58,893 nucleotides of DNA, taken from the NCBI GenBank assembly GCA_018817645.1, contig JAHITK010000005.1, positions 1 through 58,893 on the forward strand. The letters are read 5' to 3'. Positions within the stretch are counted from its first letter, which is position 1. Every line of letters begins with the position of its first letter. The stretch comes from Patescibacteria group bacterium (GTDB lineage: Bacteria; Patescibacteriota; Minisyncoccia; Minisyncoccales; PEYH01). A program made the translations under genes and the position numbers. The notes beneath the pieces are model-generated. The model was not told where the DNA came from. It saw nothing but the letters and a program-made list of their open reading frames with translations, and did no database searches. This document shows positions 8,964 through 18,573 of this stretch, one piece after another.

Positions 8964-9749
8964 ATGTCTGATTATTACAAAGCGAAAAGAGATTATAATT
9001 TTTTCAAGCCGGGGCAGCTAGGGGCGTTTAAGGTCAGCCGTTCAAAAATTAATTTATTTTTAGAATGCCCCCGGTGTTTTTATATGGACTGCCGGCTCGG
9101 CGTCAGCCGTCCGCCGGGCTTTCCGTTCACTTTAAACAGCGCGGTTGACAAGCTCTTAAAAAAAGAATTTGATATTCACCGAGGAGCTAAAACCACGCAT
9201 CCTTTAATGGAGGAATATGGCATTGAGGCGGTGCCGTTCCAAGACAAGCGGATTGACGAGTGGCGGGATACGAGGAGGGGAGTCCGATACCTTCACGAAC
9301 CGACCAATCTTTTGATAATGGGTGCGATTGATGATGTCTGGGTTAATCCGCAGGGAGAATTGCACATCGTGGATTACAAGGCGACCTCAAAGAACGGAGA
9401 AGTTACTTTGGATGCCCCGTGGCAAATTGGATACAAGAGACAGATGGAAGTTTATCAGTGGCTTTTCAGGCGAAATGAATTTAGTGTTTCTGATACAGGA
9501 TATTTTGTTTATTGTAACGGAAAAACCGATACAGAGGCATTTGATAAAAAGATTGAGTTTGAGGTTTCGGTTATCCCATATAAAGGAGATGACACTTGGG
9601 TAGAACAGGCGATTCACGACATTAAAGAATGTCTCGGGAAAGACACGATTCCGGAAATGGCGCAGGAATGCGATTATTGCAGTTACCGGAAAGCAGCTGC
9701 CCACGAGACCTACAAATTTTCAAAAAGAAATGATAAAGATTTCGCCTAA
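8964..9749 (+). CDS. PD-(D/E)XK nuclease family (RecB/Cas4-like)
   Basis: GAIDD...IVDYK, QMEVY; N-terminal CPRC and C-terminal CDYC. Confidence 0.85.
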   Translation: MSDYYKAKRDYNFFKPGQLGAFKVSRSKINLFLECPRCFYMDCRLGVSRPPGFPFTLNSAVDKLLKKEFDIHRGAKTTHPLMEEYGIEAVPFQDKRIDEWRDTRRGVRYLHEPTNLLIMGAIDDVWVNPQGELHIVDYKATSKNGEVTLDAPWQIGYKRQMEVYQWLFRRNEFSVSDTGYFVYCNGKTDTEAFDKKIEFEVSVIPYKGDDTWVEQAIHDIKECLGKDTIPEMAQECDYCSYRKAAAHETYKFSKRNDKDFA

Positions 9750-10395
9750 TTCTTTAAATCTGTATTTTGAATGTCCGCTTTGTTTTTGGCTGGAGAAGAA
9801 CAGAGGAATCAAAAGGCCCGCACCCTTTCCTTATGAATTAAATTTGGCGGTTGACGAGGTTTTAAGGCGGGACTTTGATAAACATAGAGCGAAAGGCGGA
9901 ACGCACCCATTGCTGGAAGCCAATAATATCCCGGCTAAACTTTTTCCCAATCAGAAACTTTTAAACGAATGGCGGAACAATTCCAAGGGATTAGAATATT
10001 ATGATGAAAAAACAGGGGCAGTCATTTTCGGGGTGCTGGATGATGTGCTGGATTTTGGGAAGGGAAAACTGGCGCCGTTTGATTATAAGTCAACCGGCAG
10101 CAGTGTGCCCAAGGTCTATGATCGGTTCCAGCTTCAGATGGATGTTTATACTTTTCTTTTGGAAAAAAATGGCTACGCCACTCCCAGAAAAGGCGTTTTA
10201 GTATTTTATATCGTTGATAAGGACAATTCTTTTGAGGACCGGCTGCCGTTCAAAAAAGAGATTCATATTATCGGCACCGACCCCTCTTACATTTCAAGAA
10301 TATTCAAAGAAGCAGTAAGGTTCTTAAAAAAGCCCGCGCCTCTGGCGCACAGCCCGGAATGCGAATTTGGCAGATGGGCTGAGATTATAAAATAA
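9730..10395 (+). CDS. PD-(D/E)XK nuclease family, tandem paralog
   Basis: GVLDD...PFDYK, QMDVY; N-terminal CPLC. Confidence 0.85.
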   Translation: MIKISPNSLNLYFECPLCFWLEKNRGIKRPAPFPYELNLAVDEVLRRDFDKHRAKGGTHPLLEANNIPAKLFPNQKLLNEWRNNSKGLEYYDEKTGAVIFGVLDDVLDFGKGKLAPFDYKSTGSSVPKVYDRFQLQMDVYTFLLEKNGYATPRKGVLVFYIVDKDNSFEDRLPFKKEIHIIGTDPSYISRIFKEAVRFLKKPAPLAHSPECEFGRWAEIIK

Positions 10396-10519
10396 TCTTT
10401 GGAATTACAAATAAAAATAGATAAAAATAGACCTGACCCCATTTTCGCATTGACCCCATTTTCGCATTTTCGTTTATTTACATCTTCTTTTTTAGCAAGA
10501 AAAAAGAAAGTAGAGAAAT

Positions 10520-11059
10520 ATGAATCTTTTGATATTTTTTTTAATTCTTTTATTACTCTTTTTGCTGCTTGTTTGCTCTTTTGTTTTTTCAGTATTTTTT
10601 CTAATATTGCCTTCTTTATTTTGGGGAGCAATTTATGTACCCACTAAGCCGGAAATAGTTAAAAAGATGATTAATCTTGCGGATGTAAAGCCCGGGGAAA
10701 AGGCGATTGATTTGGGGTCTGGGGACGGAAGATTAGTAATCGCTTTGGCTAAGACCGGCATTGAGGCCCACGGATATGAAATAAATCCTTTTTTAGTTCG
10801 TTTGGCTCAAAAAAATATTCGCAAAGCCGGAATTTCAGACAGGGCTTTTATTCATTTAAAAACTTTTTGGAAAGAAGATTTTTCAAAATTCAATATTGTC
10901 ACTGTCTACGGTATGAGCCATATTATGAAAAAATTAGAATTAAAGTTAAGAAAAGAGATTAAACCCGGCGCAAAAATTATCTCTAATTCGTTTGTCTTTC
11001 CGAACTGGCGATATTCTAAAAAAGAAGAAGGAGTTTATTTATACGAAAATAAGAATTAG
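10520..11059 (+). CDS. Membrane-anchored SAM-dependent methyltransferase
   Basis: GAIYVPT, DLGSGDGR, GYEINP. Confidence 0.85.
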   Translation: MNLLIFFLILLLLFLLLVCSFVFSVFFLILPSLFWGAIYVPTKPEIVKKMINLADVKPGEKAIDLGSGDGRLVIALAKTGIEAHGYEINPFLVRLAQKNIRKAGISDRAFIHLKTFWKEDFSKFNIVTVYGMSHIMKKLELKLRKEIKPGAKIISNSFVFPNWRYSKKEEGVYLYENKN

Positions 11060-11143
11060 ATTTTAGGTGTTAAAATAATTAAAATAGTATAGTAGGAAAA
11101 ATAGAGTTAGCCATTTTACGTCGCCTTAAAGGCGATTTTTGAT

Positions 11144-11172
11144 TTGACAATTCAGCCAAAAGATGATAAAAT
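11144..11172 (+). promoter_or_regulatory. Promoter TTGACA-N17-TAAAAT
   Basis: Near-consensus. Confidence 0.65.
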
Positions 11173-11231
11173 ATAGACAGAAAGATCGAGGCATCTTTCT
11201 AATACAGCACCTTGAAAGGAGGTGAAAAAAC

Positions 11232-11432
11232 ATGGCGTTGACACCAGAAAGAGAAGGGCAGATTGCTCTGATTGTTGTGAAGAACAGAATGGAGAAAGAG
11301 GGTGTGATGATTAACAAGAGCACCCGTCGAGAACTCGGTAATCTCGCCAAAGAAACAGGCATCGACATTTCAGAGCTACTAGAACTCACTCGGAAGTTTG
11401 TTCTGGAAATGGTCGACAAGTACCTCAAGTAG
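11232..11432 (+). CDS. Small helical hypothetical protein (66 aa)
   Basis: Strong SD AAAGGAGGTGA; own promoter and terminator. Confidence 0.7.
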   Translation: MALTPEREGQIALIVVKNRMEKEGVMINKSTRRELGNLAKETGIDISELLELTRKFVLEMVDKYLK

Positions 11433-11564
11433 CACATTGGCTGGAGAATGAGCAAGGTTGGAGGTAAATCCTCCCTGAAAAGGTAATTGTGCTTCCTTTG
11501 CAAGCATCTTTGCGAAGTAAAGGCAGAACAAGAACTTTTCCTCCTCAATCTCCGCGAACCCATT

Positions 11565-11588
11565 CTGGGGGCCTTCACCGGCCCCCAG
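11565..11588 (+). terminator. Intrinsic terminator CTGGGGGCC/GGCCCCCAG
   Basis: 9-bp GC stem with T-rich tail. Confidence 0.65.
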
Positions 11589-11630
11589 CATTATTTTGGT
11601 TAGGAACTATACGAAAACGAAAATGGTGTC

Positions 11631-11694
11631 TTTAGAGATGTTTAGAGGTTCAATGTTTAGAGGTTCAACCTCTAAACATTTACTAAACGTTTAG
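11631..11694. repeat. REP-like palindrome AATGTTTAGAGG-TTCAA-CCTCTAAACATT with tandem duplication of a 15-bp arm
   Basis: Stem 11652-11680; ATGTTTAGAGGTTCA at 11638 and 11653. Confidence 0.8.
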
Positions 11695-11699
11695 ATAGA

Positions 11700-11893
11700 C
11701 CGGGAAGGGAAAGAGGGTGATCGCCGAAGCGTCACCCCCACACATGTGTTGCGCCGAATGGCGCGGGTTGGCGTTGTGCTATAGCACAACAATTGACAAA
11801 AGAGCGGTTGAGTCGGTTGCGCCTTTCCGGAGGAGATAGAGTGAAGAGAGGAGGAGGAAGTTGTGAGATTTATGGTAAGGCGGGAACCGATTC
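11700..11893 (-). ncRNA. Candidate sRNA: pyrimidine-rich 5' part, hairpins at 3' end
   Basis: Promoter TTGACA-N16-TAAAAT at 11927-11900; hairpins GUUGUGC-UAUA-GCACAAC and GGGUGA-CGC-UUCG-GCG-A-UCACCC; no SD-led ORF. Confidence 0.35.
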
Positions 11894-11996
11894 ACTTATA
11901 TTTTAACTTATCAATAAGGCCTGTCAAGTCAGGTAATCCACAGCACTGACCCAATGTATCTTTTTAGGTCTTTTTTTGTTAGAATAAGGGAATAAT

Positions 11997-13727
11997 ATGG
12001 GGATTATGAAAAAGGCGCTTTTAACGGCAATCATTTTTACTTCTTTGTTCGGAGCGGGTTTTGCGCTGGCTTATGAAGAAATAGACAGTTTTAATGCAAT
12101 TATTAAAGTTAATTCCAACGGCACCCTTAATATTGAGGAGCAAATCAGGTATGATTTCGGATTTGCGGACAAGCACGGCATTTATCGGGACATTCCGGTC
12201 AAATATCAGGCAAGGGGAGGGAATTACAATCTTAGGATTTCTGACATTAAAGTAGTTGATGAAAATGGACAGCCGTATAAATTTTCTGTTTCTTCTCAAG
12301 GCCAATACCAAAGAATCAAAATCGGTGATGCGGATAAATATATTACCGGGCAAAAGACATATATTATAAAGTACAAGATTGGGAGAGCGATAAATTATTT
12401 CCGGGAATACGATGAAATTTATTGGAATGCCACCGGGAACGAATGGCAAGCGCCGATTTTAGCATCTTCGGCAAAAGTAATTCTGCCAGCAGGCGTTAAC
12501 CTTGATTTAGTTAAAACAGATTGCTTTGCCGGAACGATTGGAAACACGGAGAAATGTTCCGGTATTAATATTGTTCCTGCGGACTCCTCGGAGCCCTCGG
12601 GAATGATTGAGTTTTCCCAGACAGCCCTGCCTTCATATCAGGGCTTAACCATAGTGGTGGGAGTGCCGAAAGGAGTAATCACGCCCCCTTCCGGGCTGAC
12701 AAGAGCAATAGAATTTTTGCAAGATAACTTGATTTTGTTTCTGCCAGCGGCGGTCTTTATTATTTTCTTCACTATCTGGTGGAAAAAAGGCAAAGATCCG
12801 AGAGGCAGGGGAACGATTATCGCCCAATATGACGCCCCTGACAACTTGACGCCCGCCGAGGCGGGGACAATTATTGACGAAAGGGTTCACGATAAAGATG
12901 TTTCAGCAGAGATAGTTCACTTGGCAATCAAAGGATATTTAAAAATCAGGCGGGTGGAAAAGAAAATTTTATTCGCCAAATCAATCGATTACGAGCTTGT
13001 TAAGCTCAAAGAGGACGAGGGCTTGGAAAATGATTTTGACCGAAAGTTATTTCGAAGCATCTTTAATATCAAGGACAAGGTTGACCTCGCTTATTTGAAA
13101 AAAGATTTTTTCAAAAGCACTAAAGAGATTAAGGATTTAATTTATAAATCAGTTACAAAAAAGGGCTATTTTGTAAGCCACCCGAACAAAGCGCGGGCAA
13201 GCTATATTTTTATTGGCATTATCTTTTTGTTTCCCATTATCTTCGGCGCAAGGTTTCTTAATAATTTCACCATATTTATCAGTTTGTTATTGACCGGTCT
13301 CTTAATAATGTTCTTTAGCTTGATAATGCCCAAAAGAACCCTAAAAGGAGTTTTAGCCAAAGAGCACATTCTGGGTTTAAGGGATTATCTGGAAACAGCG
13401 GAGAAAGAAAGGATTAAATTCCACGATGCGCCTGAGAAAAACCCTGCTTTATTTGAGAAACTGCTCCCCATGGCAATGGTTTTGGGGGTGGAAAAAGAAT
13501 GGGCCGCTCAATTTAAAGATATTTACCTTAATCAGCCGAGTTGGTATGAGGGGCCGGCTGGCACTGGTTTCAATTCAATTATTTTTGTCGGAAGCCTTAA
13601 TTTTTTCGCATCAGCGGCTCATGGAGCAATGTCTTCCCAGGGCGGGGCAGCGGGCGGAAGGAGCGGTTTTGGCGGCGGCGGCTTTTCGGGCGGCGGCTTT
13701 GGAGGCGGAGGCGGGGGAAGCTGGTGA
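11997..13727 (+). CDS. DUF2207 family membrane protein
   Basis: HGIYRDIP, YWNATG, Gly-rich GGGGGGSW C-terminus. Confidence 0.9.
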   Translation: MGIMKKALLTAIIFTSLFGAGFALAYEEIDSFNAIIKVNSNGTLNIEEQIRYDFGFADKHGIYRDIPVKYQARGGNYNLRISDIKVVDENGQPYKFSVSSQGQYQRIKIGDADKYITGQKTYIIKYKIGRAINYFREYDEIYWNATGNEWQAPILASSAKVILPAGVNLDLVKTDCFAGTIGNTEKCSGINIVPADSSEPSGMIEFSQTALPSYQGLTIVVGVPKGVITPPSGLTRAIEFLQDNLILFLPAAVFIIFFTIWWKKGKDPRGRGTIIAQYDAPDNLTPAEAGTIIDERVHDKDVSAEIVHLAIKGYLKIRRVEKKILFAKSIDYELVKLKEDEGLENDFDRKLFRSIFNIKDKVDLAYLKKDFFKSTKEIKDLIYKSVTKKGYFVSHPNKARASYIFIGIIFLFPIIFGARFLNNFTIFISLLLTGLLIMFFSLIMPKRTLKGVLAKEHILGLRDYLETAEKERIKFHDAPEKNPALFEKLLPMAMVLGVEKEWAAQFKDIYLNQPSWYEGPAGTGFNSIIFVGSLNFFASAAHGAMSSQGGAAGGRSGFGGGGFSGGGFGGGGGGSW

Positions 13728-13739
13728 AAATCAGTATTT

Positions 13740-14459
13740 ATGCTTGATGATAATTTCAGGCAATTTATAAAAGAGCAAATCGCTTTGCCGGAAAAGAAAT
13801 GGGACAGCGCTTTTGTTGATTACATTCAAAAGAAGTATCAGGAGTTGCAAAAAGAAACGGGTCACTTTACCGCGGAGCAAGAACTGGAAAAAGGATTTCA
13901 AAGATATCTTGATTGTCTTGATATCAGCAAAGATGATTTAATGGGCCGGCGCATCCTTGATTTGGGTTGCGGAGCAGGGGATTTCGTGAAATATTGTTTG
14001 GGACAAGGAATCAGCAGAGAGGCCTATGGCTTGGATATTCTTATCGAGCCGGAAGAAATAAATCCCGGCTATCGCCGATTCTTTCTAAAAGGCGATTTCG
14101 AGCAGGGGATTCCGCTTAAAGATTTTGACTACATTTTTTCAGTGGCAGCGGTTGATGCTCCTTACTCTGAAGAAGTGGACAGGAATTTAAGGAGAACGGT
14201 AATTTCAGCATTGGTCGCTCTCAAGCATGAGGGGGAAATCAGGATTTTCCCGGTGCGCAAGGCCCCGCCAGCCAGCGGGCTGGCGGGCATTGATTTTTCC
14301 CGCAAAAAATGGATGGAACTTTTGGACGATTTGAAGTCAAAAAACTGGATAAATTATGAATTAAGGCCGATTGACATCAGGGCGGCCGGCAATAAGCCGG
14401 ATGTGTGGCTGGAAGAAGTTTTGATAATAAACAAAGAACTCGTAAAAATTAATTTTTAA
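13740..14459 (+). CDS. Class I SAM-dependent methyltransferase-like protein
   Basis: ILDLGCGAG motif I. Confidence 0.7.
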   Translation: MLDDNFRQFIKEQIALPEKKWDSAFVDYIQKKYQELQKETGHFTAEQELEKGFQRYLDCLDISKDDLMGRRILDLGCGAGDFVKYCLGQGISREAYGLDILIEPEEINPGYRRFFLKGDFEQGIPLKDFDYIFSVAAVDAPYSEEVDRNLRRTVISALVALKHEGEIRIFPVRKAPPASGLAGIDFSRKKWMELLDDLKSKNWINYELRPIDIRAAGNKPDVWLEEVLIINKELVKINF

Positions 14460-14486
14460 AACAATTATCATAAGAACCATAAAAAT

Positions 14487-14957
14487 ATGAAGATGAAAAT
14501 ATATTTGATAATAATTCCTTTAATCACGGTGACAGTCGCCTTGTCCGGAAGCTTGATAACTGACAGAGGGATGGATTGGTATAATCAGATTAAACTGCCG
14601 GTCTGGACTCCTTCAGGAGAGATTATTGGCATTGCCTGGACTTTGATATTCATTTTTACGACGTATTCCGCTATGCTGTTTTGGAACAGAGGATTCAGGA
14701 ACAAGAGATTTTGGGCAGTCATTGTTTTATTCTTGCTGAACGGGGCGCTAAACGCGCTTTGGTCATTTCTATTTTTCGGATTGCATTATGTGGGCGCTTC
14801 TATTTTAGAAATGATAATACTGGAAATTACGACTATTGCTCTGGTGGTATTAATCAGGCCGACTTCAAGATTAGCATCCATTTTGCTGTACCCGTATGCC
14901 ATTTGGGTTGCTTTTGCCACCTATTTGGCTTATTCTGTCTTAATACTTAATATGTAA
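14487..14957 (+). CDS. tspO: TspO/MBR sensory protein
   Basis: WY..IKLPVWTP, LNALWSFLFF, PYAIWVAFA. Confidence 0.92.
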   Translation: MKMKIYLIIIPLITVTVALSGSLITDRGMDWYNQIKLPVWTPSGEIIGIAWTLIFIFTTYSAMLFWNRGFRNKRFWAVIVLFLLNGALNALWSFLFFGLHYVGASILEMIILEITTIALVVLIRPTSRLASILLYPYAIWVAFATYLAYSVLILNM

Positions 14958-14976
14958 TTAATTTAAATTTAAGGAG

Positions 14977-15702
14977 ATGAAAAAGAATTTTCTAATTTTT
15001 TTAATCATTCTTTTTTCTGCGGTTATCATTGCCTTTATTGTTTGGTCAATCATATCAATGAACTCTTTAAGGTGCGGAGAGGGGAGAGCCAAGGAAATTG
15101 CCAATAATTGGATTATTAAAAATGCTCCCACTTATAATTTTGACGGCTACGGATTGGCTTTTGACAGCATAAAATCGTTAGATTGCGAAAAATGCTATGA
15201 ATTATCTTTTTGGTTCAATGCCCGGCACGCTGGGTATGGAGAAAGAGCGAATATGATTTTGGCTCAAATAATTACGCCCCATAAAATAATAATTAAAATT
15301 AATAATTGCAAAATTATGGAAGCAGTCACTGACGGGCAGTTTGACGAATTGAAAAATGAGCCGATTATTCCATCTTCGTTAGGCATAGAGATTTTAAAAC
15401 AAGGTGAAGGGGAGCAGGCGAAAACCGGGGATAGGGTTAGTGTTAATTATTCGGGGAGATTATTGGACGGCGAGGAATTTGATTCCAACTTTGGCAAGGA
15501 CAGCCCCTTTGTTTTTACGCTGGGAGCCGGCTATGTTATTGAGGGTTGGGATTTAGGACTGCTTGGGATGCGGGTTGGAGAGAGGCGGAAACTTACCATC
15601 CCGCCGGACTTGGCTTACGGTAGCAGCGGAACTCCCGGAGGACCTATTCCTCCGAATGCGACTTTGATTTTTGAGGTTGAGCTTTTGGGCATTAATAATT
15701 AA
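14977..15702 (+). CDS. Membrane-anchored FKBP-type PPIase with an extra N-terminal domain
   Basis: VNYSG, FDS, VIEGWD, PPDLAYG, TLIFEVEL. Confidence 0.9.
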   Translation: MKKNFLIFLIILFSAVIIAFIVWSIISMNSLRCGEGRAKEIANNWIIKNAPTYNFDGYGLAFDSIKSLDCEKCYELSFWFNARHAGYGERANMILAQIITPHKIIIKINNCKIMEAVTDGQFDELKNEPIIPSSLGIEILKQGEGEQAKTGDRVSVNYSGRLLDGEEFDSNFGKDSPFVFTLGAGYVIEGWDLGLLGMRVGERRKLTIPPDLAYGSSGTPGGPIPPNATLIFEVELLGINN

Positions 15703-15716
15703 TTTTTGATAAAAAG

Positions 15717-16511
15717 ATGAGCGATAAAAATTTATTACTATTCGGCATAACAGGCATCATAGCAATAATGATTTTATCTTATGTATTGTTTCCCGGCGTC
15801 AGGCGCCTTGCCAACGAAAACACCAGCGAACTTAATACCGCTGATCAAACAACTACAAGCGGCAAGGTCTTAACCACGGAAAATCAGGAGATGGTGAAAG
15901 AAACACCGGATTATTCTGAAAACATTTCTTATCCCAAAATTATCAATATGCCGGAAGCCGACGTGCAGGAGAGGGTTAATCAAGCCATAGCGGACTTCAT
16001 TCTTGGACCGGTCGCTGATTTCGAAGAGCAGGTAATGTCAGAAGATATTTTTGAAGATTTTCAGGATTATTTGCAGATACAATACCTCGTCACTTTGTTG
16101 AACGAATCATTGGTTAGTATAAGTTTTTCAGAGTCACAGAATTTCGGCGGAGCGCATCCCAATAATTATACAACAAACTTTAATTATGATATTGCTGGAG
16201 GCGAAAAGTTCGAGTTAAAGGATATTTTCAAAAAAGAGGTTGATTATCAAGGGATTATAAGCGGAATTTGCCGGGAAAAGTTATTGGCTCAATTCGGCGA
16301 GGATGAAGCATTGGGATTGTGGATAAATGAGGGGACCGAGCCGAAAGCGGGAAATTTTGAGAATTTCGGTTTGACCGGCGGTTCGTTGGTGATTTATTTC
16401 AATCCTTACGAAGTCGGACCTTATGCTATGGGCATTCAGACGGTTGAAATCACTTTCGCGGAAATAGAACAATATCTGGATACCGAAGGTTTATTAAAGG
16501 ATTTGATATAG
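15717..16511 (+). CDS. DUF3298/DUF4163 (PdaC/RsiV-like) membrane-anchored protein
   Basis: GGAHPN, FNPYEVGPYAMG. Confidence 0.8.
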   Translation: MSDKNLLLFGITGIIAIMILSYVLFPGVRRLANENTSELNTADQTTTSGKVLTTENQEMVKETPDYSENISYPKIINMPEADVQERVNQAIADFILGPVADFEEQVMSEDIFEDFQDYLQIQYLVTLLNESLVSISFSESQNFGGAHPNNYTTNFNYDIAGGEKFELKDIFKKEVDYQGIISGICREKLLAQFGEDEALGLWINEGTEPKAGNFENFGLTGGSLVIYFNPYEVGPYAMGIQTVEITFAEIEQYLDTEGLLKDLI

Positions 16512-16566
16512 AAGAGGGGAATACGCAGAAATTTAGATATATAAAAATATAAAAATGCCAGCGCTA

Positions 16567-16595
16567 TTGACGCTCGGCATTTATAATGTTATAAT
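16567..16595 (+). promoter_or_regulatory. Promoter TTGACG-N17-TATAAT; -35 inside inverted repeat AATGCC-AGCG...CGCT-C-GGCATT
   Basis: Direct reading. Confidence 0.7.
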
Positions 16596-16648
16596 AAAGG
16601 CATTCTGTTCGTAGAATAGCAAATAGGTATTATAAGGAGGGTTGAACC

Positions 16649-17320
16649 TTGAAAACCGATAAGATTATGCAAGAGGCGCTGGGAAAAGTGTTGGCAGATT
16701 CAAAACTCTTCAAAGAGGTATTGACGGTGTTTCTGCAAAAAAGGAATCAAGTAATCGAAGCGTTGTCTGCCTTGCTGGAACAGGAACCGCAGCTCCGCGA
16801 AGAAGAGCCGATGTTGGAGGTGTTATTGTATGCGCTTCAGCACGGCGATGACCTATTCAACGATCCCTTGACAGAGGTTCGGGACAGGCGATTGCTTAAA
16901 GCTGGCGTGTATCGCGGGCTTCTGGCTGAAGCGCAGCGAGACAATGCTCCATTGAGTGCAGTGATCGTTGACATTAATGACTTCAAAGTCACGAACGATG
17001 TCTTTGGCCATACAGCTGGAGACAGAACACTAAAAGAGGTCGCTTCAATCCTTTCTCGGGAAGCGAGGCGAGGAACGGATGTTGTCATTCGCTACGGTGG
17101 GGATGAGTTCTTGCTCATTCTCCCTCACACAGACAGGAAGGGCGCATCTGCCTTGATGGAGCGCGTGACACAAGCCCTGGGGGCATTGGTTCCTAAGCTC
17201 TCTGTCAGCTTCGGCATTTCTTCCTGGGTTCCGGGAAGTGAGCCGATTGGCCTAACAGAGATGGCAGGAGAAGCCGACGAAGCGATGTACGTACAAAAGC
17301 GCGTCAAGTCGGCTTCTTGA
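16649..17320 (+). CDS. GGDEF-domain diguanylate cyclase
   Basis: DINDFK, ND.FGH.AGD, RYGGDEF; TTG start after AAGGAGG. Confidence 0.9.
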   Translation: MKTDKIMQEALGKVLADSKLFKEVLTVFLQKRNQVIEALSALLEQEPQLREEEPMLEVLLYALQHGDDLFNDPLTEVRDRRLLKAGVYRGLLAEAQRDNAPLSAVIVDINDFKVTNDVFGHTAGDRTLKEVASILSREARRGTDVVIRYGGDEFLLILPHTDRKGASALMERVTQALGALVPKLSVSFGISSWVPGSEPIGLTEMAGEADEAMYVQKRVKSAS

Positions 17321-17351
17321 TCCCAGGAGAGTTCTTGAGTGACTCACAACG

Positions 17352-17378
17352 CGGCGGAAGACCCTGTGTCTTCCGCCG
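17352..17378 (+). terminator. Intrinsic terminator CGGCGGAAGAC/GTCTTCCGCCG
   Basis: 11-bp stem followed by ATTCTTTTT. Confidence 0.8.
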
Positions 17379-17385
17379 ATTCTTT

Positions 17386-17413
17386 TTGCCCCCAGATTTA
17401 TATTATGCGACAT
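17386..17413 (+). other. Degenerate second dif-like site TTGCCCCCAGA-TTTATA-TTATGCGACAT
   Basis: Shares TATA-TTATGCGAC with 18574-18601. Confidence 0.3.
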
Positions 17414-17474
17414 CAATAAAGAAAAGGAATAAGGAAAGCGCAAGAACTATCAGGGCAGGGAATATGATTATATC

Positions 17475-18410
17475 TTAACCGTGATATTTGCGATGTATTT
17501 CTTTTAGATGAGGCCTGGTGACATGGGTGTAAATCTGCGTGGTGACAATATTCCGGTGTCCTAAAAATTCCTGCACAACCCTTAAATCAACGCCTTTCAT
17601 TAATAAATCAGTGGCAAAGCTGTGCCTTAATGTGTGCGGAGTCGTGGTTATGGGCAATCCGGCCCGCACAACATATTTTTTAATTATTCGTTCAATTGTC
17701 CGGGTAGTAATCCTTCCTTGGATTTTTGAGCCCCGATATGTCACAAACAAGGCCTTTTCTTTGTCTGCCCGTTTGGCAAGATATTGTTGGAGCCAATCAA
17801 TTGTTCTTTGGGACAGGAAAACGGTTCTTGGGTGGCCTCCTTTGCCGACGATGCCGATTTCCAAGTCCTTGGTGTTCAGTTTGATAGTTATTTGGTCCCG
17901 GTCAAGGGCTACCAATTCAGCGACCCTTAATCCGGTGGAGAATAAGGTTTCTAAAATTGTCCGATCCCTTAACCCGTTTATATCATTTACATCAGGAGCC
18001 GCTAAAAGTTTTTTAACCTGCTCTAAGGTGAGAAAATTAACGGTCCGTTCCTGCGATTGCTTGGCTAATTTTATTTTCTCCGGGGGCAGGGAAATGATGT
18101 CCTTATCGGCGAAATAGGTTAAAAGGGAGCGCAAGGCGATTAAATAGTAGTTCTGGGTATTTCTTTTCAGCGGTTTTTTATCTTTCTGGAGATATTGACG
18201 CGATAAAAATGTCTTATATTTGAAAATATGGTCCGGAGTCAACTGGTGGGGCCTAAGGTTTTCTAATTTGTTTATTTTTGACCATGCCAGAAATTTTTTT
18301 AAAAATCGGGAATAATTTTCCTGCGACTTGTAGGAAAGTCCTTTTTCAATATCAATCCAATCCAAAAAATCATTGATATGTTTTATAATTGGTTTTGTGG
18401 AATTTTGCAT
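17475..18410 (-). CDS. XerC/XerD-like tyrosine recombinase
   Basis: Catalytic residues in TGLRVAEL, GKG, HTLRH, LGH, TTQIY; no IntI-specific insertion apparent. Confidence 0.95.
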   Translation of the reverse strand: MQNSTKPIIKHINDFLDWIDIEKGLSYKSQENYSRFLKKFLAWSKINKLENLRPHQLTPDHIFKYKTFLSRQYLQKDKKPLKRNTQNYYLIALRSLLTYFADKDIISLPPEKIKLAKQSQERTVNFLTLEQVKKLLAAPDVNDINGLRDRTILETLFSTGLRVAELVALDRDQITIKLNTKDLEIGIVGKGGHPRTVFLSQRTIDWLQQYLAKRADKEKALFVTYRGSKIQGRITTRTIERIIKKYVVRAGLPITTTPHTLRHSFATDLLMKGVDLRVVQEFLGHRNIVTTQIYTHVTRPHLKEIHRKYHG

Positions 18411-18501
18411 ATATGTTATTTTTTAAAATTATGATAGGGAAGCATTTCGCGCGGCGTGGAGATGTCTGCTCTACATTATTGCGACCTTTATGACCGCAGG
18501 G

Positions 18502-18545
18502 CGCCATATTTTGCGACGTTTTAATGAATGTTGCAAAATATGGCG
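18502..18545. repeat. 19-bp imperfect inverted repeat in the xer leader
   Basis: CGCCATATTTTGCGACGTT-ttaatg-AATGTTGCAAAATATGGCG. Confidence 0.85.
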
Positions 18546-18573
18546 AAGCTTAATGGACAACAGAGTACTCTCG

